Positions 40,525-54,100 of a stretch of DNA of 64,000 bases are shown one piece after another. The notes below the pieces were generated by a model that was given only the letters and a program-made list of their open reading frames with translations, had not been told where the DNA came from and did no database searches. A program made the translations under genes and the position numbers. Origin of the DNA: Convolutriloba macropyga (lineage: Eukaryota); the NCBI RefSeq assembly GCF_964194025.1, contig NC_134477.1, forward strand, positions 46,190,001-46,254,000, in the 5' to 3' direction. Position 1 is the stretch's first letter, and every line of letters starts with the position of its first letter.

Positions 40525-43500
40525 GAGAGAAAACAAATTTTGCAGAACTCAGAGTGATGTCAAATAATACCCACTGACTTTTATATTGTAGAAGTAGCTC
40601 AATTTTTCAAGTATTTCTGAAGATCTTTAAAATCGTTTTTCTCAAACATGAAACATCGTTTTAGTTGCTTCATATTGCAGCCACAATACACTCAAAAACA
40701 TGGCTCAAACCCAGTTGCACTTCCCATTCTAAAAATGGCTCATCGGTTTCCGAAAAACTTCACATTCGTCTTTTCTTAAAAAGAGACCTCTTTCAGGCCA
40801 TCCTTTCAGGAGGATTTGTGAAGGTTGGTTAAGTTGGTCTCACACTACGGCAACTCCGTCATGTAACTTTCAGTTCTCTTTTGTGAGTTCGGTGTGCTGT
40901 GCAATGGAACCCACCCCGCACCCCGCTCGTCTTTTTTGGAGTGCAAGGTGGCACCTAAGAAATTTCCTCTGTAGTCTGCGTTTACAAATTGTTTTTTTAA
41001 ATTCAACGCTGAGTCCGATTGATATAGGGCTGCGCATTGAACTCAGTGTCGTTAAACACTCAAAAATCGTTTTGCTGCGTCAAGCAGCAGTCTGTCTGTT
41101 GAAAGTGATATGTTTTTTGTAAACGTCTTCATAACTAAAATCAAAAATATTTGACACCAGATTGTTTGGGGATGTAACTGAAGGCAGAATGTTTTTTTTC
41201 TGTCGAGATGCTAGTTTATGCTAGCGGTTTAATTGTGGCTTTATTATCAAAAACGAGTCCATCAGACGCTATAAATTTAGCAGTTTTTTGAATATAAAAT
41301 TAGAGGCACAGCTTTTTTGCTTTTAACCAATTGCTATAAATCACTTTCTTGTTTTCTTTGCGATTATGTCATGGAAGTTGCATTCGACCAAAGACCACAA
41401 AACTCAACGGTGCTCCAGCACCCTAAAAGTTTGGAACTAGATTACGTTTGTTTTTTTCCACCTCTGTTGCTCAATGTAAGAGTAAAAATGCTCTTTGATA
41501 CTGAAAACAATTTTTGAGAATTTCAGGTGAACATCTGGACTCTAAACGCAGTCATTTTACTATAAGTGAAAAAATGCGATCACCTCTTTTGCAACTCTTC
41601 AGGGATACAGCAACAAGGCTGCACATATGTGCTCAATTTTTTCATTCTGCACCCCCGAAAAAGTTGGTCATTCTATCTTAAAATGAACGATGAAAACATC
41701 AGATTTCACTGAGAGCTCATCAATTTGAGCTGAATTTGCTTGAAATGTTTTTCTAAGTGCTCCTGGGTTGCTTAAAATTGGAGTACGCCCAAACTTGCAT
41801 CAACTTAACCCAATAGACCTTATCTGAGCCCCATGACAGTGTATAAAATTCTGATATTTTCCTAAAATTTATAAGCACCCGCATTGTATAAAACTCTGCT
41901 TGGGAAAATTGTATTGTGCTTGGTATTATGTGATAACGATTATCGATGCTCACCACAGTTTCCTTTAAAAAACTGCAAATTGCTTGCATTGGTAATGTGC
42001 TCACTTTTTGAGTAGCTGTGATCGCCTGTTTACGTTGCCTTTAGATAGTATTTTGGGTTTTCCATCTGTTGAGTAGATCTCAAAAAAGTAATTTGATAAC
42101 CTGGGATGATGAGGATAAGTAAAGAGTGATACAACTAGTTGTATATTGTTTTCGTTTCATCGTTACCGTTTTACGGCTCCACCCCAAAATTTTCGAAAAA
42201 AGATATGATTTATGGGGTCCTATGAGTTGTAAATTAAAATTTCTCAGTAATTTGTGTAATTGATTTAGTTAAATGCTGTATAGTTTGTCTTCGTAGCTTT
42301 TTGTGTTCTTTGTATGTCTCTTTGAGAGGAAACAACTTTTGCAGTATTCAGAGCGATGTCAAACAATATCCATTGACTTTTATATTGTAGAAGTAGCTCA
42401 ATTTTTCAAGTATTTCTGAAGATCTTTGAATCGTTTTTCTCCAACATGAAACATCGTTTTAGCTGCTTCATATTGCAGCCACAATCAACTCGAAAACATG
42501 ACTCAAACCCAGTTTCACTTCCTTTTCTAAAAATGGCTCATCGGTTTCTGAAAAACTTCACATTCGTCTTTTCTTAAAAAGAGACCTCTTTCAGGCCATC
42601 CTTTCAGGAGGGTTTGTGAAGGTTGGTTAAGTTGGTCTCACACTACGGCAAATCCGTCATGTAACTTCCAGTTCTCTTTTGTGAGTTCGGTGTGCTGTGC
42701 AATGGAGCCCACCCCGCACCCCGCTCGTCTTTTTTGGAATGTAAGGTGGAACCTCAAAACTCAGATAACTGCTCTGCAGTCTGCGTTTACAAATTGCTTT
42801 TTTTAATTTCAACGCTGAGTCCGATTCATCTAGGGCTGCGCATTGAACTGAGTGTCGTTAAACACTCAGAAATCGTTTTGCCGGGTCAAGCAGCAGTCTG
42901 TCTGTTGAAGGATATATGTTCTTTGTAAACGTCTTTATAACTAAAATCAAAAATGTTTGACACCAGATTGTTTGGGGATGTAACTGAAGGCAGAATGTTT
43001 TTTTTCTGTCGAGATGCTAGCGGTTTATTTGTGGCTTTATTATCAAGAACGAGTCCATCAGACGCTAAAATTTTAGCAGTTTTTGAAAATAAAAGTAGAG
43101 GCCCAGCTTTTTTTGCTTTTAACCAACTGCTCTAAATCACTTTCTTGTTTTCTTTGCGATTATGTCATGGAAGTTGCATCCGACCAACGACCACAAAACT
43201 CACCGGTGCACCAGCCCCCTAGAAGTTTGGATCTAGATTACATTTGTTTTTTTCCTCCTCTGTTGCTCAATTTAAGACTAAAAATGCTCTTTGATACTGA
43301 AAATATATATGAGAATTTCAAGTGAACATCTGGACTCTAATCGCAGTCATTTTACTATAACTGAAAAATTGCGACCACCTCTATTGCAACTCTACAGGGA
43401 TACAGTGACAAGTCTGCACATATGTGCTCAATTTTTTTCATTATGTCATTAAAACACTGCAACCCCCGAAAAAGTTGGTCATTCTATTTTTAAATGAACG

Positions 43501-44133
43501 ATGAAAAGATCAGATTCACTGAGAGTTCATCAATTTGAGCTGAATTTGCTTGAAATATTTTTCCGAGTGCTCATGGGTTGCTTAAAATTGGAGTACGTCC
43601 AAACTTGCATCGAATTAACCCAATAGACGTTATCTGAGCCCCATGATCTCAGTCCCATCCAGTGTATCGAATTCTGATATTTTCCTAAAATTTTTAAGCA
43701 CCCGCATTGTATAAAATTCTGTTTGGGAAAATTGTATTGTGCTTGGTATAATGTGATAACGATTATCGATGCTCATCACAGTTTCCTTTAAAAAACTGCA
43801 CATTGCTTGCATTGGTATTGTGCTCACTTTTTGAGTCGCTGTGATCGCCTGTTTCATTTGCCTTTAGATAGTATTTTGGGTTTTCCATCTGTTGAGTAGT
43901 TCTCAAAAAAGCAATCTGATAACCTACGATGATGAGGATAAGTAAAGAGTGATACAACTAGTTGTAAATTGTCTTCGTTTCATCGTTACCGTTTTACGGC
44001 TCCACCCCAAAAGTTTCGAAAAAAGATATGATTTATGGGGTCCTATGAGTTGTAAATTAAAATTTCTCAGTAATTTGTATGATTGATTTAGTTAAATGCT
44101 GTATACATTGACTTCGTAGCTCTTTGTGTTCTT
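40525..44133. repeat. Head-to-tail tandem duplication, unit about 1.8 kb, in intron 1 of paralogue B
   Basis: GACTTTTATATTGTAGAAGTAGCTC at about 40576 and 42375. Both units end CTTCGTAGCT..TTGTGTTCTT (42310/44133). Confidence 0.93.
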
Positions 44134-44406
44134 CTAGAAAAGAGTAACATGCAATGACGAATCGGATAGTTTTCACAAGACAGGAAATCATTTTGTTTTC
44201 ATCGCCCTGTGTGAACAAGTCACCCTGCGTGTTTTGCGCTAATATTGGTTTGCTGAGTCTATTAAGAAGAGAACTAGCCCAGAAGTTTGATACCGAATTT
44301 TATCAATGAGATGGGTTCATAACATTACTGAGACTAAAAAATATATCAGAAAATTGTATTCGCCAATACAACAGGTGAAAATCAAAACAATTCAATTTAG
44401 ACTTAC

Positions 44407-44947
44407 TTTCTGGTCCGTTTATTCCGAAGCGCATGTACTGTCCATCATCGGCAATTTGACCTAAGCTGTCGACGTCAACCTCAAACAAACACCTCTTCAC
44501 GCCCATGTCATCAGTGCCACAGGCTACGAACACTCCTCTCTTCCCGTTGTCAAAATCCCACAGCGCTCCGATCTCGAATTCGTACGTGAAGCAAGGTACA
44601 GCACTAGCGAAGTAATTTGTGTTGTCGAAAGTTTTCAAAAAAGCGGAACCAGTATCATTTGAACCAATCAGACCACCCGCAATAACCGTGGTTGGAGGAT
44701 CCAGCAAATCATCTGGCTTCTCCAAATTGGCAGATTGCCCGGCGACTGTTATGTAGCCATTGTGACACAAGTAGATTGAAGTTACAGTCGTGGTTCCCAC
44801 TTTGAACGATTCCGGTAACACGTAAGGTTCCGAAGCACATCCCTGAGCATTGGTTACGTTTGCAACAATTGCATCGTCTGCAATTACAAAAGTAACTAAC
44901 AGTGAGCTCAGGGCCAACTTTAAAGAGACAATCATTGTCATTTTCAT
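44407..44947 (-). CDS. NIDO-like protein paralogue B, exon 1 (signal peptide plus first NIDO-like domain)
   Basis: MKMTMIVSLKLALSSLLVTFVIA|DD. SEPYVLPESFKVG...SIYLCHNGYITV resembles the N-terminal part of NIDO modules. Canonical phase-1 donor A|GTAAGT at 44406. The true start could be any of three ATGs. Confidence 0.85.
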
Positions 44948-45530
44948 TTGACTGAGCGTTAAAATTTATAACTTTTTTATAACTAAGCACAAAAAATGCA
45001 TATGGTCCAATTAAGAACGTTTGTGGTCTCAAAGTTGAATAATAAGAAGCCTTTCGTAAATAGCTTCTGCTCTTATTTTGATTATTTTTGTTTATCAGTT
45101 GACCAAAATTTAAGAAAAAAATAACTTTTTGTTATGCAAATATTTAATCAATACTATTAAGTGTCTCATTATGTTTATTATTTATTTAGCAAAATTGCAA
45201 TTTTATGTATCGTTGAGTTTATAAAGAGCTGACTGCTTGAAAATTGCTATTTAGAATGCATAAGACCATTTTTAATTAAACCATTCACACCTGCAGTGTG
45301 GCTTATTAAAGAGCCGTAGAAAAAACAGCCGAAGTAGAATACAGCTAAAAATGTTTGAAAAAAGGTGAGGTCTTTATGCTACACCAAGTTGTTCAGACAT
45401 GTTTTGACTTTTTGGGAAGCATCACAGACTAACATGTATGGCATCAAATAAAAGCTCTACGCCTGCAGAATTTTACTAAAAAGAGTGAATTCAAGAACTT
45501 CTTTTATTTTTTAACAAAGTTTTTGAACAA

Positions 45531-47092
45531 AAATTGGTAGCTTTTTATGTCAATTTGGCCTAAAGTTTAGCAAATTTGAAATTAATTAGCAGTTTTTTTC
45601 TAAAGATTTCGACAACTTATGGCCTCTTTGGTGATCTAACAGACCAAGCACTTTGCTTCTTACCTAAAAAGTCTGCGTAAAATAGAAAAAAAAATTGAGC
45701 TGAAATTCATTTCAATCAGAAGAAAATTTTGACAGGTTTCTTCTTAAATGAGTTCCCTTTCCAATCAATGCCATCTCTAGGCAATACCTCGAGGCAATGT
45801 CTGCATGATAACTACGTCACTTTACCAACAATGGCACTATCTAGAAGTTTATAAAAGACGTAAAGACAATGCGTATTTGATAACAAAAAACATGGGAACA
45901 GAAATTTCTCACTTTTAGCTAATTGGGTTCAGTTTTTTCTTTGTTTTGCCGCTCCTTCTGCAACATAATTGCAACCTATTTTGTGACCTTGAAAAACAAG
46001 AAGAACAATAGCTGTGGCGCTTGTTCTTAAATAATTAATTCTTAATCAATTTTTGAGAAAAATCATGAAATATATGAAGATAAATTGTATCAGCAATTAA
46101 TAAATTTAGAAAAATAGCAGACCGATGAAGAGAAATCGCTCGCTTGGAAACCTTCAAAAAAAATTTTGCTGCCTTTTAGATTTTTCAAACTCAACCTTGA
46201 AAATCGAAAAAAATTCGATAGAGACTTTTTCGTTTGGTCTTATTTCTTCAACATTGTAATTGATTTTTGTCAAAATTTTCTCTCCAGATGAAGAAACAAA
46301 AAGAATTGCAAAAATTGGCAGCCTTTCATGTTAATTTAGCCTAAATTTTCAAACTATAACATAAATTTGCAGGTTTTCTGAACAATTCTTCAAATTATGG
46401 CCTCTTCAGTGATCTCACAGACCAAAAACTTTGTTACTTGCCTAAAGATTTCTGTGTAGTGCAAATAGCATATCAAACAAAAGGAAAAAATTAATTTGAG
46501 CTGAAATTCATTTCAGTTAAGAAAAAGTATTGACAGATTTCTTCTTAGATGAGTGCCTTTTCCCATCAATTCATATATCTAGGGACTACCTCGAGGCAAT
46601 GTCTGAACAATAAGTAAGTCACTTTTCCAACAATGGCACTATCTAGAAGTTTACAAAAGACATAAAGAGAATGCGTGTTTGATAACAAAAAAGTGGGAAC
46701 AAAAATTTCTCACTTTTAGTTTTTTCTTTATTTTGCCTCTCTTTCTGCAACCAATTTGCAACATATTTTGAGACCTTGAAAAACAGAAGAACAATAGCAG
46801 TGGCCTTCAGTCTTAATTAATTAAATCTTAATCAATTTTTGAAAAAAAAATCAGGAAAAATATGATGCTAAATTGTATCAACAATTAATTAATTTAGAAA
46901 ACTAGCAAACCAATCAAAAGGAATCACTGACGAAAAAACTTTCAAAAAACTTTTTGTTCTCATTTAGATTATTCAAACGCAACTCTGAACATCGAAAAAC
47001 AAATCGAGAGAACTTTTTTCTTTTGGTCTTTTTTCTATAGCCTTGTATTTGATCTTTGTTAAAATTTTCTCTCCAGATGAAAAAACAAAATA
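45531..47092. repeat. Older head-to-tail tandem duplication, unit about 780 bp
   Basis: AAATTGG(T/C)AGC at 45531/46312; shared CCAACAATGGCACTATCTAG; both end AAAATTTTCTCTCCAGATGAA. Confidence 0.88.
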
Positions 47093-47396
47093 AAATCAAC
47101 AAAACTTTTAGCAAGAGGCGTCATCATTATTGTTGCCTAATATAGTTGTGCCAATTTTACAATACAAAAATTTGGATCTTGCTTCAACGTCCTTTTTTCA
47201 TAGATATGATCGCACATCTTGTATTGTTTGCAGGTGGAAATTGAGGCGTGCTATAACGAATACAAATGTGCGAAACCATTTTTGGTTATGTGAGGTATTT
47301 CGGCTACTATTTTTACTGTATCTTTTCACTCGACCAATTCTTCATAGCTGTTATGAAAAATAATGATTAAGAATAAGATTTATCAATAATAGAATA

Positions 47397-47648
47397 CGAT
47401 TAAGAATTATCAATTAAGATGTATCATAACTGCAATTAAGATAAAAATTTAGATTAGGATTCATCAGTTACTCACTAAAAATGCATAAAATAGTCAAGAA
47501 GGTTCGGTTAAGATGTATCAATTATCAAGAATTCGGTTAAGAATTATCAATTAATATGTATCATAATTGAGATTAAGATAAAAATTTAGATTAAGATTTA
47601 TCAATTACTCACTAAAAATGCATAAAATAGTCAAGAAGGTTCGATTAA
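47397..47648. repeat. AT-rich direct repeat, period about 137 bp
   Basis: TTACTCACTAAAAATGCATAAAATAGTCAAGAAGGTTCG occurs twice. Confidence 0.85.
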
Positions 47649-48189
47649 ATTCCTTCCATTGGGCGCCATTTGTTTTGCCTCTATTCATAGTTTTTCTTGT
47701 TAAATTGTTTGAAAATCAACCGAACAGATTTGCAATCATTCAACCTTCTGTTTGTCCACTTTTTTTGCAATTTTTATCAAATTTGATCACATCTGTTCTG
47801 AGAAAAATTTTTGTATTTTAGTTAATCGTGTTTTAAAACATATCTCAAGTCTAATCATTTGTTAAAAGAGCACGTCTAAGTTTCACGTTGTTGGACAAAA
47901 GAGTCAAGTTTTTGTTGCAATTTTGGCGGTTTTTGAATCATCTTGAAAGTTGCAATAACATTGGCAACATGCTGCAAGGGCACAAAAGGGGCATCAAGGG
48001 TTGTCGGAGGCATCAATTGATTGAAGTCTTTTGTCATCCTCTTTGAAATTGGCTCTGAAACTGCAGGCTGAAATGTTGTCAATATGGTCAGTACATCAAT
48101 TTGTGGGAAAGTGGTAACTCACGTTGCCTAAAACCGGAGCGAGAAAAATCCAAAAGAAAAAAACTACGGAGAAAAAGCGCGTGCGAGAC

Positions 48190-51100
48190 CGGAAACGGGG
48201 CAAACGAACGTGCCGTAAGCCGTTTTTACCTTTACGACTCGTGTTTCTCCATCTCGTCCTGGCGTTGCCTCCATGACTCTTCCCAGTGGCCAAATGCCCC
48301 TTGGGTGTTTGGTCTTCCAACACCCAAACAATGTCGTCCACTTTGAGAGGTCGATCGTTGTTGTTTGACCATTTCGATCGTCGGCTAAGCATTGGCAGAT
48401 ACTCTTTCACCAAGCGTCGCCATATATGGTTCATCAGCTTCTGCGTGTTCTTCCATGTCTTCAAGCTTGCAGGTTGCTGGTCTCCAAATTGTCCTGGTGG
48501 CAAGCTACTGAAGGGACGCTGGATAAGAAAGTGGTTTGGAGTCAAAGGTTCCTCGTTGGCAGGCTGCTCAGCAACGTTAGTCAGTGGTCTGGAGATGAGG
48601 ATTGATTCTGTTTCCACCATAATTGTTAGGAAAGTGTCCAAAGAGAGTCTTCTGGATCCTAGAATGAGGAGGAGCGTTCTTTTGGCGCTCTGGATCAAAC
48701 GTTCCCAGACACTGCCAAAATGAGGGCCGTATGGGGGATTGAATTTCCACGTTGTATTGGCTACTGCTAAAGCTTTGTAGATTCTGTCATTGTCCAAGTC
48801 TTTAGCAGTTTTCTTCAGTTCTTCAGAAGCGCCAACAAAAGTTTTGCCGTTGTCGCTGTAGAGAAGTTGGGGCTGGCATCGACGACTGTAAAATCTTCTT
48901 AAAGCATTGAGAAACGTATCTGTATTGAGGTCTGGACACGTTTCTAAGTGAACTGCTCGTGTCACCATGCATGTAAATATTGGAATATAATGTTTTTCTA
49001 AAATCCCTTTGGAATCTTCGATGTAGAAGGGTCCAAAGAAATCTACACCAGAATTAGCAAAGGGGAACTGTGTTTTTGCTGTTGGAAAACGAAAACTAGG
49101 TAATGGTGCCATAATTGGTTGAATGTTTTTCGTGTCAAAACGTCGACATAAAAAACAATGAAACCGTACGCTTGCTAACGCTTTACGAAGGCTAATCACA
49201 TGGTAACGTTGTTGAATGAATGCTTTTGTTGGTTCTGTGGACTGGTGAATACATATTTGATCGGCATGTTCCAAGTACAAACGAACAATTTTGTCCTTGG
49301 CGTGCAAAATTACTGGACGTTTTCCCAAATCCAGTTGTGTTGGTGCATACTGCAATCGACCACAAGATCTGAGTAATCCGTCCTCATCCAACAGCGGATT
49401 TAAGCATCGTATTTTGCACTTAGAATCTAGTTTGATTCCACGTTGTAAGGAATTAACGGTCGAATGAAAAAAACTGTCCTGAGATAATTTCAGGAGATAA
49501 TTTCTTGAAAATTGAATGTGTTCAGTTGTGTATTGGTGATTGTTCGTTCGCATTTTCTTTCGCACGATTAATTAAGTTGAAAACTGTTGCAACTGTCAGA
49601 AGAAGTTTGTTCCATGTTGAGAATTTACTCGGATCGACTATAGGTTTAATTGTCTTGGGACTTCTCGTGACTGCCGCACATGTTGCGCGTGGTTTGTTTA
49701 TCTCATTCCAGGTCGACTCGCTTTGGCAAAGAATTTGGGGCGGATCTAACCATTTCTGCTGAATTTCGTTTGTCTCAAGACCGCGAGTTCCGTGATCGGC
49801 GGGATAGAGATAATTGAGATGTGACGCCAGTTCTGTGGTGAATAACTTTTATGAATTTCTCGCAATCTGTGTGAAACAAAAACGTTTTGCTTCTTATTTG
49901 AGGCTATCCAGTCCAAAACTACTTGACTGTCGGACCAGAGAAAAATTTGGTCGAATGTCAGTGTCATTTCTCTTTGGATCAGTTGTAGAAGGCGCACTAC
50001 TTTAACAGCGGCTTCTATTTCCATTTTCGGCACACTTATTTGTTTAATGGGAGCAACTTTGCATTTTCCCATGAGAAAACATGCTTGTGGCGGAGTGGTT
50101 TGACTATTGGTTGTACGGAGGTAAGCAACGGCTGCCATAGCTGCCATTCATGCATCCACAAATATACGAAGTTGGCTTGTGATTTTACTGAAACTGTGAA
50201 CAGTTCTTGGTATTCGGATTTTGGGCATGGCAAAGTAGCTGTTTAGAACTTTCTGGAGGTCATGGTGTAGTTCATGTGGTATCAAAGCATCCCATTTTCT
50301 TCCAAGTTTCCAAATCTGCTGCAAAACAATTTTGATTCTAATTGTCAGGGGAGAAAACAGACCGAAGGGATCGAAGATTGAAGATACCAAACTGAATATG
50401 TTCCTTTGTGTGTACACTGTTGCATCTTTAGGAAATTGTTGTAAAGGAAACGTGACAAAATCTTCAGCTGTTGTGTTCCATTTTTGACCAAGGACTCTTA
50501 TGATCTCTTTTGTTTCGTCTTTGTCGTCGGAAGAGATTTCAGCGAGTACATCTTGTTCGTTCGAAACAAATTTTGTCAACCTGAAGCCACCATTTTTCAG
50601 GCATCTTGTTGTCTGTGATATGACTTTTTTGGCTTCTCAAATTGTTGGCAGGCACTGGATGAAGTCATCCATATAAAAGTGGTGTTTAATAGCGTTCAAG
50701 GCGGCTGGAAATTCACTTTTGTTGTCTTCTGCACATTTATTGAGCACATGAATTGCGCAAAATGGTGAATATGTTGTGCCAGAGATTAATCTAGTGAATT
50801 GGAATTGTCGAATGGAGTTGTCTATCATCCAAAGGAAACGAAGAGCAGACTGGTCTTCTTGTCTCACGGCAATCTGCATAAACATTCCTTCGATGTCTGA
50901 CAAAACAGCAACCGGGTGATCTCTGAATCTCAACAGCACTCCAACTAAGTTATTTAGCAAATCAGGTCCAGTTAAAAGATTTGGGTTCAGTGATTCACCG
51001 CGGAATTTTGATGCTGCGTTGGCAACTCTTCTCACTTTTCCGGGTTTGTTTGGATTAGTGACTGGATGATGAGGTAAGTACCATATTGACTCTAGGGATG

Positions 51101-54100
51101 GTGCTTGCATTTCGACTGGCTTGACAAAATTTTCATCCAAGTCTGTTTGGAGTGTCTGGTTGTACTTCTGATTGACACCGGGATCGTTTTGTAGTCGGTT
51201 TTGTAGAATTTTTAGTTGACTGACTGCTGAAAAAAAGTTATTCTGGAGCTTCTTTACAGGTTTCCAAGGAAGGCCAATCTGATATCTTTCACCGTTGTGA
51301 CAAATTGAGTTTTCCATTGTTTGCACTGCTAATTGGTCTAGTGAGCTGTCTTCATTCTGTTCGGGTAATGTGCATTCAGCTTCTATTTTCCAGAATCTTT
51401 GAACCAAATTGTCCAATGGTTCTTCTTCAATGTCTTTCCGGCAGACAAGGTAAATGAATGGTTGGCGAGGGGGCTTGTTTGCGTTCATTGTTTTAGGAGA
51501 TAGCTCGTACTCTCCAGCGAGAGTCCATCCAAGCTTTGTTTTTACGCCAAATGGGCGCTTTTTGCTACCTTGGTTTTCGTCGACTGGATATGTGAAGGCA
51601 AACGTATTGACACCTATTTTAAGGGCGCCTATTGCACCGTTGGCTATGTCAGGGAAATAAATGTGACTAAGTTCCTTTAAGGTGTCGCATAATTGATTGA
51701 GTTCAAGAACGTTAGCGGGTGATACATTGAGACATGGCGTGCTATAGGCTCTTGTAATGCTGAAGTGTTGATTGATTTTGTCATAAGGCGTTACTGTCTC
51801 TGTTTCACTAATTTTGGACAGTGGCATTTCATGTTCAGTGTTTAGGTACTGCAGAGTTGTTGATGCTTGTGCTTCGCAGGGAAGCTTAAGAAAGCTAGCA
51901 ACTTTATCCAGCAGGAAGGTGAACTGGCTTCCGGGGTCAATCAAGGCGTAGGTATCAAACACTTTACTTCCGTTTACAAATGAAACTGGTATTATTTGTA
52001 GTTGTTCATACCATTCAGTAGGAGGAATTGTATTTCGGTTGATACTGAAGCTTAGGGTCGGATACGAAGCATTTAAACGGGCGCATTGAATATTTTGTTG
52101 CTGTGATTGTTTTTTACCAGAAAACGATTGACCGTATCTTGTCTGCTGGCTCTTTGTACTGCTGACAGTGTCAGTTTTTTGTTTTGATTTTGTTGTTGAA
52201 AGGATGGCTGTGTTCGGGGGCTTGCTAGATTTTGTGTCGGCTGATTGGGATTGCTTGTTGAGAAGGCAGCGGTGGGCCGCTTAACTTGTTTCGAAGGATC
52301 TTGCAAAGTTGTGTGGTGAAATCCTTTACATGTTTGGCATCGTGTTGTGGACGGGCATGACCGCTTAAAATTTTTGTTGCTAAAACAGTTCGAGCAAAGA
52401 TTGTTCTTGCTCACAATGTCATACCTTTGGTCTGGCGCACATTTCTGGTATTCAGGGCATGTTGCGAGTATGTGACTTCCGTTGCATTTCTCGCAAGACT
52501 TGTTTGACTGATCAGCATCTTTACGCGGAGGAAAGGGTGGTTGTTCATGCTGGTTTGCAGGGCGACTTGAGTGCAATGAATTCCGTTTCCAATTGTTTTG
52601 TGAATTATTAGAAAATTGATTCACAGCATTGCTGTTCCTATTATCATTGTTGTTGTTAATTTTGCTAATGCTATTACTGTTTTGACCGAAAGTGTTCCAA
52701 TTATTAAACGGCTTATGAACATTTTCTCTGTTGATTTTGTCGTACACTTGGGCCTCTACTTCAAGCCACTTCTGAAAATGAGAGACGGTCTGTTGATTTC
52801 CAATTGATGTTATTGTATACTGGGCCCATTTTATCAGAATATTATGTGAAATTTTTTCTTTTGCCATTTTCATCAATGTTGAACTTTGCAAGTCGGCTTT
52901 GAAGCCTAAATATTCAAAAGCTTGCACTAATCGTTTGAGAAAAGAAGCAAAAGATACGAAACTCTGTTTGTTGTAGTCATTGTTCGGACGTCAGGCTTCC
53001 AGTTGATTGATGAAAGCATTCACAACAATGCTGGAAACTCCAAAATGATCCATGAGCTCTTTCAAAGCAATCGCGTAGTAAGCTGGGTCACACGAGTAGG
53101 CTTGAATTTTTTCTTTGGCTTTTCCTCCGACCGAGTTCTGTAAGTATGTTATACGGTGTGTATCCGTAAGGCTAGTATTATTGTGAACTAGTTTGAAAAA
53201 ATTGTTTATCCACTCATGGTATTTCAGTGGGTTACCATTGAAATTTGATATTGTTATTGGTGGAAGTTTAATGGAATTTTTGTTTGTGGTTTGTAAATTA
53301 AAATTATTTTCAAACGGGATTGTTTCTGTTTGTTTTTCAGTTCGTGGCTGAAACAACTGCTTTCCAGAGAAAGACCAATTTGGAATTTGTTTCGAATTTC
53401 CCGAAATGTTTGGTTGGCTAATATGTTGAGTAAAGGGGGGAAGAATGGCTGTTTGGTAGTTTGTAAAGGGATTTTCCGGAGTAAGCGGAAAATTAGGTGG
53501 CTGAGATGATGTGCAGCAAACAAGGTTGGTACCTTGGTTGTTGAGTGTTGTATTGGAGGGGAAAACAATTCCATCTTTTGGTTCTTCCGTTCGATTTCCA
53601 TTGCTAAAAAGAACTCCAAATGGGTAAACTGGGTTCTGAAATTGTTGGGAAACGTTTGTTTGCGCTACTGTTGGTAACGGCATTGCTGACGCCAATTTTC
53701 CGCTGTTCTGGTTTTCACATATTGGAACCGCTGAAAACTGAGTGTTTGAAACAATTTGAGCAGTTGCACTTTGATTGTTGTCAAAAAGTAGGGGATTGTG
53801 ACGACTGTCTTCGTAACAATATGGATTTGGCGTGGTCTCATTTGTCACTCTGTTTGTTCCTTTTTTTGAATGAAATTGACGCTGAAGCATTTGCTCATTC
53901 AAATTGCACGAACTTGATGTTTGGTATGTATTGGTTTTGTTAACTGAGAAGTAATGTTGAAATGTGTTTTGTAAATCTAATGCAAGACGTTGTATGCTTT
54001 GATCTTCTCGTTTGTTATTTAAGGGAACAGAAGACTTTTCTTTTGGTCTAACTGTGGCATTTGCTGGTTGATTCATTGGCATTGCGGGCAATGTGATTAG

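Noticed and set aside
41750-42130. LINE endonuclease-like IIPGYQ translation in the 1.8-kb duplicate
   Set aside because: One short motif only; no GDFN or SDH motifs were recognisable.
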